The position numbers and the translations under genes were made by a program. From contig JAHRHZ010000264.1 in NCBI GenBank assembly GCA_024137785.1, positions 28,295,907-28,359,906 on the forward strand: a DNA stretch of 64,000 nt, in the 5' to 3' direction. The notes beneath the pieces were generated by a model. That model did not search any database and had not been told where the DNA came from. It saw nothing but the letters and a program-made list of their open reading frames with translations. This stretch comes from Ginglymostoma cirratum. Taxonomy: Eukaryota. Shown piece after piece: positions 52,958 to 64,000 of the stretch (positions within the stretch are counted from its first letter, which is position 1; the number at the start of each line of letters is the position of its first letter).

Positions 52958-54189
52958 GTGATAACAAGGTGTAGAGCTGGATGAACACAAGCCAAGCAGC
53001 ATCAGAGGAGCGGGAAAGCTGACGTTTCAGGCCTAGACCCTTCTTCAGGAAGGGGGTTCTGAAATAGGGAGAGAAGGGGAGGTGAATAGAAGATGGATGG
53101 AGAGGAGACAGACAGGTCAAAGAGGCGGGATTGGAGCCAGTAAATGTGAGTGTAGATGGGGAGTTAGGGAGGACGGACAAGTCAAGGGGATGGGATGAGG
53201 CTAGGAGGTGGGGCTTTAGGTGGGAGGAAGGACAAGTTAGGGAGGCGGGGACAAGCTGGGCTGGTTTTGGGATGCTATAGTGGGAGGGGAGATTGTGAAG
53301 TCCACATTGATACCATTGGGCTGCAGGGTTCCCAAGCAGAATGAGGTGCTGTTCCTGCAACCTTCGGGTGGCATCGTTGTGGCACCGCTGGAGGCCCAGG
53401 ATGGATATGTTGTCTGAGGAATGGGAGGGGGGAGTTGAAATGGCTCACGACTGGGAGGTGCAGTTGTTTAGTGCAAACCAAGCGTAGGTGTTCCACAAAG
53501 CCATCCCCAAGCCTCTGCTTAGTTTCCCCGATGTAGTGGAGGCCACAGTGGGAACAGCGGATACAGTATACCACATTAGCAGGAGTGCAGGTGAACATCT
53601 GTTTGATGTGGAAGATCTTCTTGGGGCCTGGGATGGAGGTGAGGTGGGAGGTGTAGCACTTCCTGCAGTTGCAAGGAAAAGTGCTGGGTGTGGTGGGGCT
53701 GGAGGGGAGTGTGGAGCGGACAAGGGAGTCCCGGAGAGAATGGTCCCTCCGGAAAGTAGATAAGGGTGGGGAACGAAAAATGTCTTTGGGGTCGGATTGC
53801 AGATGGAGGAAGTGTCGGAGGATGATGCGTTGGATCCGCAGGTTGGTGTGGTACATGAGGACGAGGGGGATTCTGTTTTGGTGGTTATTGCGGGGAGGGG
53901 GTGTGAGGGATGAGTTGTGGGAAATGCGGGAGACACTGTCGACCACTGAGTTGGGGGGTGGAATTTGTGGTCCTCAAAATGAGCACATCTGAGATGTTTG
54001 GGAGTGGAAAGCCTCATCCTGGGAGCAGGTGTGGCAGAGGCGTTTTTTCTTGTTTTTGCAAGAAGGTGGGTGGGAGGAGGTGTATTCTAGGTAGCTGTGG
54101 GAGACGGCAGGCTTGAAATGGATATCCGTTTCCAGGTGGTTGCTGGAGATGGAAACAGAGGTCCAGGAAGGAGAGAGAAGTATCAGAGA
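52958..54189 (-). mobile_element. Penelope-like element (Neptune-type, family B), 5'-truncated
   Basis: RIPLVLMYH..IQRIILRHFLHLQSDP..FTCTPANVVYCIRCSHCGLHYIGETKQRLGDGFVEH; flanking repeat tggttactt (52949-52957, 54190-54198). Confidence 0.9.
53017..53050 (-). ncRNA. Hammerhead motif in PLE family B terminus
   Basis: Minus strand CUGAAGA-A-GGGUC(UA)GGCCU-GAAA-CGUC; helix I weak. Confidence 0.6.
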
Positions 54190-54379
54190 TGGTTACTTAA
54201 TCTATTGCATCCTAACCTTTATTTTAGGATTTGCTTTGCATTGCCTCATGAACACACTCGCCTTGGGTAATCGCTTCAACTAATTCCTAAATTCAGTTAT
54301 TTTTGAACACATCACTTCAATGTATGCATTATTTTAAAGGCAGGCTTAAAAGTTTGGTTTCCCCCCAGGGCCACTTAGC

Positions 54380-55550
54380 TCCTGTCCTCATTACAGCCGT
54401 AGTTCAAACATGGATAAAAGAACTAAATTCCAGAAGTGAGGTGAAAGTGATGTCCAAGGAGCCCTAGCAAAACGGGAATGGATGGGTATCAGGGGACAAA
54501 CTCTCTGATGGCTAGTCATAACCTGACGACACAGGAAGATGGTTGGGGTTGTTGGAGGTTAATCAGCTCAGCTCCAGGACATCTCTGCAGGAGTTGCTCG
54601 GGGTAGCATCCTCAGCTCAACAATCTTCAGCTGCTTCATCAATGACCTTCCCTCCATTATAAAGTCAGAAGTGGGGATGTTCACCGATTGATGGCACAAT
54701 GTTCAGCACCACTTGCAACTCTTCAGATACTGAAGCAGTCTGTGTCCAAGTGCAACAAGATCTGGACAATATCCAGGCTTGGGCTGACAAGCAGCAAATG
54801 ACATTCGTGCCACAAATGCTAGGCTATGACCATCACCAATAAGAGACAATCTAACCACCACCCCTTGACATTCAACGGTGTTGCCATCACTGAATTCCCC
54901 ACAATCAATATCCTGGGGGCTACCAATAGCCAGAAACTCAACTGGACTCTCCACATAAACACAGTGGCTACACAACAGGTCAAATGCTAGGAATACTGTG
55001 GAGAGTAACTCACCTCCTCACTCCTCAAAGCCTGTCCACCATCTACAACGCAATTATCAGAAGTGTGATGGCAAAGTCCCCATTTGCCTGGATCAGTGCA
55101 GCCCCAACAACACTCAAGAAGCTTGACACCATCCTGGACAAAGCAGCCCACTTGATTGGCACTGCATTCACTCCTCCACCACCAACACTCAGTAGCAGTG
55201 GACTATCTACAACAGGCACTGCAGAAATTCACCAAAGCTCCTCAAATCGCACCTTCCAAACCCACAACCACTTCCATCTAGAAGGACAAGAACATTAGAC
55301 ATATAGGAATACCACCTTCAAGTTTCCCTCCAAGACACTCACCATCCTGACTTGGAAATATATTGCCATTCCTTCACTGTCACTGGGTCAAAATCCTGGA
55401 ATTCCCTCCCCGTTGGCAATGTGAGTCAACCCACAGCAGGTAGACTGCAGCGGTTCAAGAGGGCAGCTTGCTGTCACCTTAAGGGCAACTGGGAATGGGC
55501 AAGAAATGCTGGCTGGCCAGCCAGCAACTCCCGCATCTCTCAATGAATGG
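54380..55550 (+). mobile_element. CR1-group (Crack/L2-like) LINE, 3' part of RT and 3' end
   Basis: LGILWRVTHLLTPQSLSTIY..IRSVM..SPFAWISAAPTTLKKLDTILDKAAHLIG. Confidence 0.85.
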
Positions 55551-56200
55551 GGGGGGGGGGGGGGGCCCAAGAAAAGTAGAAGTAGGCCAATCAGCCTATC
55601 GAGTCTGTTCTGCCACTCAATAAGGTCATGGCTGAGTCTGTCTCCCCCTTCACTTGCCCTCCCTCCCCCTCATGCTGGACATTGCCATTTAGATCTATTA
55701 CCAACATCACCATCACCTACTTGCAAATCTTTGATCTATGGCTTATACCTGGTATTTGCTACAGCTTGGCATCTCTCTCAAACTTAACTTTTGCATAAAT
55801 GTGTTTCAATAAACGTCACCTGGTCCAGGAACTTGCATGGGAAATGTAAATCCTATATTGCAAAGTTGCTGAATTATAAAGCAATGCATTAGCAGATATA
55901 TTCCAATCCTTTCCACCTGATAGGAAGCCTCTTCTCCTAGGAATGTGTATTGGGCAGTCGACATTCAGATTTTTAAAAATTGTCAACTATGACAATGGTG
56001 GCAGCTAATAGGCACATAGAGGAAGGAAGATCTGAAGTGAGGGTCATTTCAACACGAGTAACCAGTGACTCTGCCTCATCTAGAGAATCTTAGATACATT
56101 ACCAAACTTAGTGGAGAAGGTGCAATGTTGAAAGCAAGAATGTGTAATGTAAATAAACTTGCTGTTGATGAACCATGGATTTTTTTTTAAACTGAAATAG

Positions 56201-56359
56201 TTTCTCGTCTTGGAGTAACAACACGCAAGGTTAGAGGAAAGATTCCAGCTCTGCCATACTTGGTTATGAAGAAGGCGTTTAAATCTGCTTTTATACTGCA
56301 TGACTTGAAAACATGCCAATCTGATGTAGATTCTAGCCAATCATCACCTCGAGACAGGG
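56201..56359 (+). CDS. Anoctamin-family exon 4 (159 bp)
   Basis: TAG|(V)SRLGVTTRKVRGKIPALPYLVMKKAFKSAFILHDLKTCQSDVDSSQSSPRDR-|GTGAGT; AFxLHD motif; phase 1/1; not in the supplied ORF list. Confidence 0.85.
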
Positions 56360-57689
56360 GTGAGTAGAAATCCTGTTCAGTGTGAATACCAGATATTTTA
56401 ACTTAATAGGTGTTCACATTTCTTAAGTAATACCAGAAGGCTTTGAAAACACTCATCACTAATAAGTGATGAGAGAAGCAGAGTTAATGTTTTGGGTCTG
56501 TTGACTTTTTTAAAAATTAAATTAAAGCTGCTGACATACACTGGAGTTCAGATCTGTAGTTGAGTATGTGGCCGGTCACGCCTGCTCCACTAAAGACGAT
56601 CATGGCTGATATCAGGGCTTCAGCTCAAATTCCTGCTCCTTTTTCATGTCCCCGACAGAGCAAAAATGTGTCCAGCCAAGCCTTAAATGTATTCAGTGGT
56701 CCAGCATCCACAACTCTCTGGGGTAGAGAATTCCACAAGTTTGCAACCCTTTTGAGTGAAGTAATTTCTCTGTCCTAAATGACCAACTGTATACCCAGTC
56801 AGGCCCCTTGTATGTCTTTGAGACCATTTCCTGTTCTTCAAAGTATCAGAGAATATAGGCCCAATTTACTCAGCCGTTCATTGTGGGACAGCCTCTTCAT
56901 ATAGGGGCCAGTTTTGATGAAGGGTCATTGGACCTGAAATGTTGGCTCTGCTTTCTCTCTATTGATGCTGCCAGATCTGCTGAGTTTCTCCAGCAACTTT
57001 TGTTGTAGTTTTGGATTTCAAGCATCCACAGTTCTTGGTTTTATTTTCAAGGTGATGTTGAAATTGTATATGACGTTTTGTAGATCTCAGGAGTATTGTG
57101 GCACCTAAACTATACAAATTACAGGAAATACTTGAATGTGTTGGAGAGAGTGAAGTAATTCACAGGATTGGTTCCAGGAATGAGAAACTCCAGTTATGTG
57201 GATAGCAACATACATCACCTCACTTCTCTGCAGTGAATCTCGACTGTCATCTATCTACCCACTCCAAGTTGTAAATGTCATACTTCCATGTTTTTATCAT
57301 ATGCCACATAAAACACTAGTTTTGGCGTAAAATTCACAAGAAAGAGAATTAACTTCTGCAAACAAAGCAGTACTGCAGTACAAAATGCATGTCCTTAGAA
57401 AATTTGCAGTTAGAGAATCGATTCTAATTTCAAAAGATGAAGATTTTTGTTTCAAGCTACTTTTTTTTGAGGGGAAAAAACACAAAACGAGCAAACTGTT
57501 GGGATTCTGGGATTTTGAAGTTTATGGGAAAAATCAGGAAGTCACTAAACAGGGTAGAGAATCTGTACCTTTCCACTTAACTCTAACATCAATATACTGA
57601 AGAAATTAATCTGTAGGGAGGACACCAGTTGCACAAGAGATTCTAGATTTGTTTTTAATGGTGTGGGCAACAGGATAGTTATTGGAGTG

Positions 57690-58125
57690 AACTGTGTAAA
57701 ATATTGAAAGTGGGGCTGTTCTTCTTGGAACGAAAAGCTGAGAGGAGATTTCAGGTTTTCCAAGTAAAGAGTGGGTTGGATAGAGTAGATAGAAAGAATC
57801 TGTTCCTGGCTGTAAAAGGAACAAGATTGAGAAGGCATAAATTTAAATTTGTGCATGTGAAGCAAGGAGTTGAGGGGGAAATGCTTTTTCCCTCACAGCA
57901 AGTAGTAAGGGCATGGAATGCACAACGGGAAATGTGGTGGAGGCAGCTTTGATTTCAAGCATTCAAGAGGGCATTAGATTATTTAGAATTAGTTTGCAAG
58001 GATATGGTTTGGGGGGGCGGGGAGGGCAGTGCCAGGGGACTAAGATTGGCACAAGGTAATGTTTGTTTGGAGAGTAGGGTCAGGGATGGCAGACAGAATG
58101 GTATCCTTCTGCACTGAAGCAATTC
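57690..58125 (+). mobile_element. CR1 3' end fragment
   Basis: GLDRVDRKNLF..TRLRRHKFK..SQQVVRAWNA. Confidence 0.75.
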
Positions 58126-58407
58126 TGAGTTGGTTTCCTAGCTGACCATCAAATCTCTGCATTATTAAAGTCCTCCAGCCAGGTCAGCCTTCTCTCCATA
58201 TCCTTTCATTAGTCATGCAACTCTCAATATGATGTATTGTCTCCCTTCATCCTAGGGAGGTTTTTTCATGGTTTGAATATATTTTCAAAAGGATGTCCAA
58301 ATTCTAGCACATGACTTCAGGTTAAGTCTTTCAACATTCTGCATTATTACAAGTTCCCTTTAGCTTTCTAGTCTCACTAGTTGTGACAGCCAGAATCTCG
58401 TTCATCT

Positions 58408-58520
58408 AAGATAACAAGGTGTGGGGCTGGATGAACACAGCAGGCCAAGCAGCATCATAGGAGCAGGAAAGCTTGATGTTTCGGGCCTAGACCCTTCATC
58501 AGAAAACTTTTATCTCTCTC
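58408..58520 (-). mobile_element. Short PLE family B terminal insertion with hammerhead motif (58472-58507)
   Basis: Minus strand CUGAUGA-A-GGGUC(UA)GGCCC-GAAA-CAUC; TSD atctcgttcatct (58395-58407, 58521-58533). Confidence 0.8.
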
Positions 58521-60321
58521 ATCTCGTTCATCTGTCTGTTATGTTACTTCTCATTGTATTCCCTGCTTCGTTAACTGACGGCTTCTCCGTTTTTAGACTG
58601 CTTTCCTAGTAACTATTAAAAGTGTGGAAAAAGCTCTATTTTTCACTTCAGAAAATTTGCTACCTCTGCATCTTTAAGCTCACCCAGAAGCCAAGTTACA
58701 GAATATCAATTGACATGTTTTGAGAGTGCAGACCACTTTCAAGTTTGTTAACTACTGTCTGCATGACTGAAGCATAGTTGCCTTTTTAAACCCATCCCTT
58801 GCAGTCTTGTGTGGACTACAAATTTGATATTGCTCCAGATTGTACTGCAATCAACTCTCTCTCTGCTTACTGAATCCATAACCAAAAAGATCATTTTGTG
58901 CCACTGAGCAGTGGTTATCATCCAAAAGTACCGAATGGGAAACTACCAAAAAAAAAATCTGATGTTAGAAACAAACCTGAAACAACTGCATCTTTGGAGA
59001 GATGGAATGAAACACTTTACAGTGCTTTTCAGTCACTTGAAAACAGAACACTCATGGAAGGAAGAGGCACTCAGTAAATATTTGGTGTGTGAAGCCTGTT
59101 AAGTGATTCCTGTGTGCGCTCTGCAACAATCAGCAATATTAACCTTCAGATGTGTATATAAAAGTCTGCTTGTGGTTCAAATCCGCATCCCCTGCCCTAC
59201 CCCACACTTATTTGTAACTGTATTTCTCCCCCCCCCCCCCCCAACCTGTTTTATGGTTGTCTTATCTGGTCTCTGATTTTGGAATGGGTGCAGAGGAGGG
59301 AATGCACTCCCCTACATCATTTGAGCAGGTTTTTCTTCTCTCTCTCAATAGTAGATAAGAGATCAGGAAATGTTTAGCATTCACACAGCAATTGGAAAAA
59401 CCATTCTCTCAGCTGCCATTGTTTATCCTGACATTTTTAACTTTGTTACCCCATGTGGAGGTATTCCTTCTGTCAGCTGAGCACTTTAATGAGCCTTGCT
59501 GAGATGAGGAGCTCAATATCTGAAGAATCACCTTGAGTACCACTTTCCTTATCAACACCATCCATTATTACAGCATTTGTTATACTGCAAGCCATGTTGT
59601 ATCCAATGGCTCTTCACAATTGTTATCAACAATTTTTTTTTTTCTTTTACAAAGCTGTATGCATGAGAATATTTAAAGGTAACTGTTTAAAAGAATAGCT
59701 CTTTTTAATTTTGGGTGGTGCTGTCCAGACTATCATTTCTTATCCCTAATTGCCCTTCATGGTGGTGAGCTGAAGTAATGGTGTGCGGTTTGGAGAGGAA
59801 TGGGCATGTGGTTGTATTCCCATGAAATTTTCTTTGTCCTTTTGAGAGGGATGAGGTTGTGGGTTTGGGAAGTTGTCAGTGGAGCCTTGGTGAGTTGTTG
59901 CAGTGGCACACTACTGCCACGGTGTTGATGGTGAAGGAGGTGAATGTTGAAAGTGACTGGAATGGCGATCCAGTGGATGTCCAGTTCCTTGTGTTGGAAC
60001 TGCACCTATCCAAGCAAAGGGAGAATATTCCATCGCACCCTGATTTTATCTTTTTATGCCCTGCTGACAGGCTTTTGGAGTGACAGAAGGTGAGTGGCTC
60101 ACCATGGAATTGCAAGCTTTCTACCTGCAGTTTTGGCCACAGTATGCATAGCTGGTCCGGTTGAGCCTCTGGTCAGTGGTAACTCCCAGAACTTTGAGTA
60201 TGATAATGCCATTGAATGTTAAGGGGTAACGATTAGATTCTCTCAACAGCAGTTCATTATTGCTCCAACAATGATCGTGTTTGTCTGCATCTGAAGTTCT
60301 AATGTACCTGACTTTCTACAG

Positions 60322-60535
60322 GTGGCACCAAATCAACCACTCCTACGAATGAATGGACAATGCTTAATGACTTGTGGGCAAACACCTATCTGAAATTCCA
60401 GCCCCTTTGGAAAATACGAAATTACTTTGGTGAAAAAATTGCACTTTATTTTGCTGTGATGGAAACACTTCTAATTAGTCTCATTATCCCTGTGTTCCTT
60501 GGCTTGGGTGTTTTCGTTTATGGTCTTTATTGCAG
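60322..60535 (+). CDS. Anoctamin-family exon 5 (pre-TM1 motif and TM1)
   Basis: CAG|(G)GTKSTTPTNEWTMLNDLWANTYLKFQPLWKIRNYFGEKIALYFAVMETLLISLIIPVFLGLGVFVYGLYC-|GTATAT; hallmark QPLxxIRxYFGEKIALYF; phase 1/2. Confidence 0.93.
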
Positions 60536-62107
60536 GTATATATTTTTTTTCTCAATTACTTTTCAGCAGAATGTGATTTATGTTTTGGTGAACTTTATAT
60601 GCTTGAATGGTATAATATGGTGGTACAATTTGTAGTTTCCAGATCACCACTCCCCAAACATCACAGCTCAGAATAAATAGCAGTGTTTGCTGGATGACAA
60701 CTTTGAGGTGTTTTGACATCCTACTGGAATATTCCACAAGGTGGAATGACAGACTTGTAACAGTCAATTATCCTAATAGTGAGAGCTTAATTTATCACCT
60801 TAGGGGAGAGGTGGTGAGCTCAGGCTAGTTGCTTATTTATTGGATACACCTGATATGTTCAGAATTATCATATTGCTTAATTTACAACTACAGCAAAATT
60901 CTGCCTAAAGAACAGAGTTTTCCTCCATAACACAGACCCAGCTGTGTGAATGAACATAGCTGCAGGAAAGTCCATTCTCCTTCTGCAGTATTGTACAGCC
61001 TTCCCCCTTAATATTGTGCATGAGGTGAAATGACAATGGGATAGTTGTCACTTAGGGTATGTGATGCTTGTGAATCAATATGGACCCTCTTCGTGGAAGG
61101 TATAGTAAATGCTCATTCCACCCCGTAAGACCTAAATTTGCTTATAGGAAAGGATATTAGCCAGTACAAAGAAAGCTCAAGAGTCTTGTGGCTGATGTAT
61201 TCTTAAAGGACTGTGCCAGATTATTTTAGAATTGCTCCTACAGTTCATTCTCCCACCTAAGCCTCAGCAACTATTTACGTGCACAGTCTTAAAATTATGA
61301 ATCACACCCTCAAAATAAGTGACTGACCATTTAGGGCTGAGATAACAATACACTACTGAAGGTACTTGTTCTCTTGGAATTCTTTACCTGTAGCACTATG
61401 TAAATGGTCAGCTGTTGGTTTATACTACAACCGGTTGATTTTTAAGATTTTGGGATATGAGGGAAATTGAGAGATGTGTGGACAGTCACGGGTAGGAATG
61501 TGTTTTCTGAGGCATAAGTTGAGTCATGCCCTTACAAATTGTGCAGAGACAAAGTGGTTAACTTCTGCTGCTCGTTCTTGTCACTGAGTAGCCATACCTT
61601 TTCAAGCGTCACTAGTATAAAACCTATGCACATTATTTTGTACGGATCAATTTTGAAGTTTGGGTGCACATTGTAAACAATTGTTGGCAATAAAGAAAGC
61701 TTTCTTTCCATTACCTCAAATGTGGGGTGAAACCTTCAGAAACCTTTTTTAACTATAATGAAGATGTTTAAATAGTCTCTTCATAATTAACCTCACCCCC
61801 GCCACCAATAGTTCACAGTTGCAATGCATCTTAAGTTGGTTTGTAAGTCTCAATTTTTGAGTTTGAGCTTTACATTCCTAAAGTCCAGATCCTGATCATG
61901 CATTTTGCTTTAAAATATATTTGCAGATTATCTCCTTTTCAAAATCTTCTAGTCCAATCATTAAACATTGCCCTATTGGAAATGCTTTCAGGTGAGGCAT
62001 TAAACAAAAGTCCCATTCGCTGTCTTGAGCGGGTTCAAAAGACAGCATTGGCACCATCTCAAGGAGTTCTCCCTGATGTTCTGGCCAATACTTTATCCTT
62101 GAATGAG

Positions 62108-62194
62108 ATAGCAAGGTGTAGAGCTGGATGAACACAGCAGGCCAGGCAGCATCCGAGGAGCAGGAAAGCTGCCGTGTTGGGTCTGGACCCTTCT
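62108..62194 (-). mobile_element. Short PLE family B terminal insertion
   Basis: Perfect 16-bp TSD tttatccttgaatgag (62092-62107, 62195-62210). Confidence 0.8.
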
Positions 62195-62244
62195 TTTATC
62201 CTTGAATGAGCCTTATTGAAACCAGTGTTGCTTAAACCAATTAT

Positions 62245-62430
62245 AAGCAAAAATAAAAACTGCTGGAGAAGCTTTGCAGCTCTGGCAGAAGTTCTGAAGA
62301 AGGGCCCCTGGACCTGAAATTTTAACTCTGCTTTCTCTCTCTTCACAGATGATGCTACACCTGCTGAGTTTATCCAGCAGTTTCTGTTTCTGTTTCAGAT
62401 TTTCAGTATCCAGTTCTTTGGTTTATTTTG
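62245..62430 (+). mobile_element. PLE family A-like terminal insertion with degenerate hammerhead
   Basis: gttctgaagaagggcccctggacctgaaa...ttcacagatg..ctgctgagtt..ccagca; related copies at 32521-32660, 42860-43000 and 56910-57045. Confidence 0.7.
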
Positions 62431-63455
62431 ATGCTTTAAACCAGTTATTTGGCTATTATTGCATTGTTGTTTTGAGAGCCTAGCCGTGTGGAAATTGGTT
62501 GCGTGTTTCAGGTATAACAGTGACCATATTTCAAGCCCATCGCTTGAGATTTAGGTAACGTAGGTCCTCACTTTAAAGTTGTGGTTGCTTTCCTGAAAAT
62601 CGTGACTTTAAGTAAAAATTGGTTCCCATAGAACAAAATTGTTAAACCTGTAGTTAGATTCTGTGTAGGATCTTGTTTCTGAAGGAAAAGAACATATAAA
62701 ACATTTTGCCCTATAAGTTGTAAATATTTCAAAATCCTTATTGGTAATAAATCTTTAAATTTGAAGATACAATCAAAAACTAACTTGCTGCATACAGTGC
62801 AAATATGCATTTCTTGCTGGTAATCCTGCTTATCAAAGCACCTGCCCCCTAACACTTCTAGTTGTTACTGAGTTGTGGGCTGTACACCATACCCCTCTCC
62901 CTGACCCATTCTCTTGACACTTGCTTATTTGGACTTGCACTCCTATTTAAGATTCAGCTCCAAAAAAGCTGCAGCTTTTGAATTAGAAGTGGTCAGACTC
63001 TTTGTGATGTGTTTTTTTTTTAAAAGAAGTGCTGTCTCCTTTCCTGAATCCGTATGGCAAGTGAGGACTTTAGAGAAGAGCAGTATTGAAAGCTAATTTT
63101 ACAACAAAACTTGGATTATAGAATCCTCAGCAGTCCTAGCATATTGGCACACTCCCACAACACCAGAGCTCCAGCTTCACATTAAATCTGGGTCTTTATT
63201 GGGAACACCAGTCAAAGAGAAGGAAGTAGCATGTTGGGGAGGGGGTGGAATGCTGCAACATGGCAGTCCAGGATTAGAGGTGGTGCCAATCAGATCTCAG
63301 GAAATTTTGTTATGAGAAATCTCTTATGCTTAACAAGATTACAGCCTTTGTTAATTTACCAACCTCAAACTGAAACAATGTTATATGGGGCAGCTTTAAA
63401 TGAGGACTTAGGATTCCTTTTTCTGTCTTAATATAATTCTTCTTATCCTTTTCAG

Positions 63456-63578
63456 TATATCTTGTTACAATGCCAGCAATGACCTTGATGAGATTTTGCG
63501 TGGACATAATTTCAACAATATCTGTTTGTCTTCAAACTTGATCGCCGAAGTGGTAGACACAGCTGTGGATAGAATTCG
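63456..63578 (+). CDS. Anoctamin-family exon 6 (TM1-TM2 extracellular loop); gene continues beyond the right edge
   Basis: Pyrimidine tract, CAG|(S)ISCYNASNDLDEILRGHNFNNICLSSNLIAEVVDTAVDRI-R|GTAACT; open in the phase-2 frame required by exon 5. Confidence 0.72.
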
Positions 63579-64000
63579 GTAACTATTCACCATGACTTTT
63601 TGAGATACGTTTATGTTTAAATACTGCAAGTGTTTCTGATCCACTTAACTTGAATAAATATTGGTATATTATTGTTTACTTATACACCTGAGTCTTTACA
63701 CAAGTTTGCTGCAAATTTTAAGGTATCGCACTCTTACAGGTGATACTTCTTATTTTATTTGTTTGTTATGTGCTGTGGAAAATTTTGCAATGCTAATGAA
63801 TAATTGTTGAGTAAATGGTATTGTCACTTTAGATTATGTCATGTGTTCAAAAGTAGGTGTTTGATGGAAGATTTTTGGTTAATTTCAGCTCCTCTGTCTG
63901 CATAAACTTCTTATCCTGTCACCACCATATTCAAGTGCCTTTTGAGTGAAGAGTCTTTCTTCCCTTAGAAAATCATTTGAGATATTATCACTTGGTGTTT

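Noticed and set aside
56452-56473. 9-bp perfect hairpin ctcatcact-aata-agtgatgag
   Set aside because: Short enough to arise by chance in 64 kb and adjacent to a PLE remnant
58805-59073. Exon-like frame SCVDYKFDIAPD...PKVPNGKLPKKKSDVRNKPE...GRGT in anoctamin intron 4
   Set aside because: In-frame TGA at 58871, and the good splice sites give phases 0/2, incompatible with the 1/1 needed

Overview
Eukaryotic, repeat-rich vertebrate DNA. The repeat content (HE1-type V-SINEs, HER1/CR1 LINEs, Deu-domain SINE fragments, Penelope-like elements) points to an elasmobranch, probably a carpet or bamboo shark (inference). Two spliced genes diverge head-to-head about 20 kb apart. (1) MIPEP (mitochondrial intermediate peptidase), minus strand, coding exons 1-6 from 26153 down to 4137; the gene continues off the left edge. 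(2) An anoctamin/TMEM16-family gene, plus strand, six phase-compatible coding exons from 46290 to 63578; it continues off the right edge. This protein does not resemble canonical vertebrate ANO1-10 well and may belong to an invertebrate-type anoctamin lineage. Most remaining sequence is nested transposon debris: CR1, a Crack/L2-like LINE, RTE, Rex1, several Penelope-like families, SINEs and a TA-flanked MITE. The Penelope-derived pieces carry many minimal type I hammerhead ribozyme motifs, some intact and showing compensatory base changes. They often sit in short inverted-repeat insertions with 13-16 bp target-site duplications. Repeat boundaries are approximate. Exon boundaries were read base by base. 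Homology calls come from recall, not database searches.
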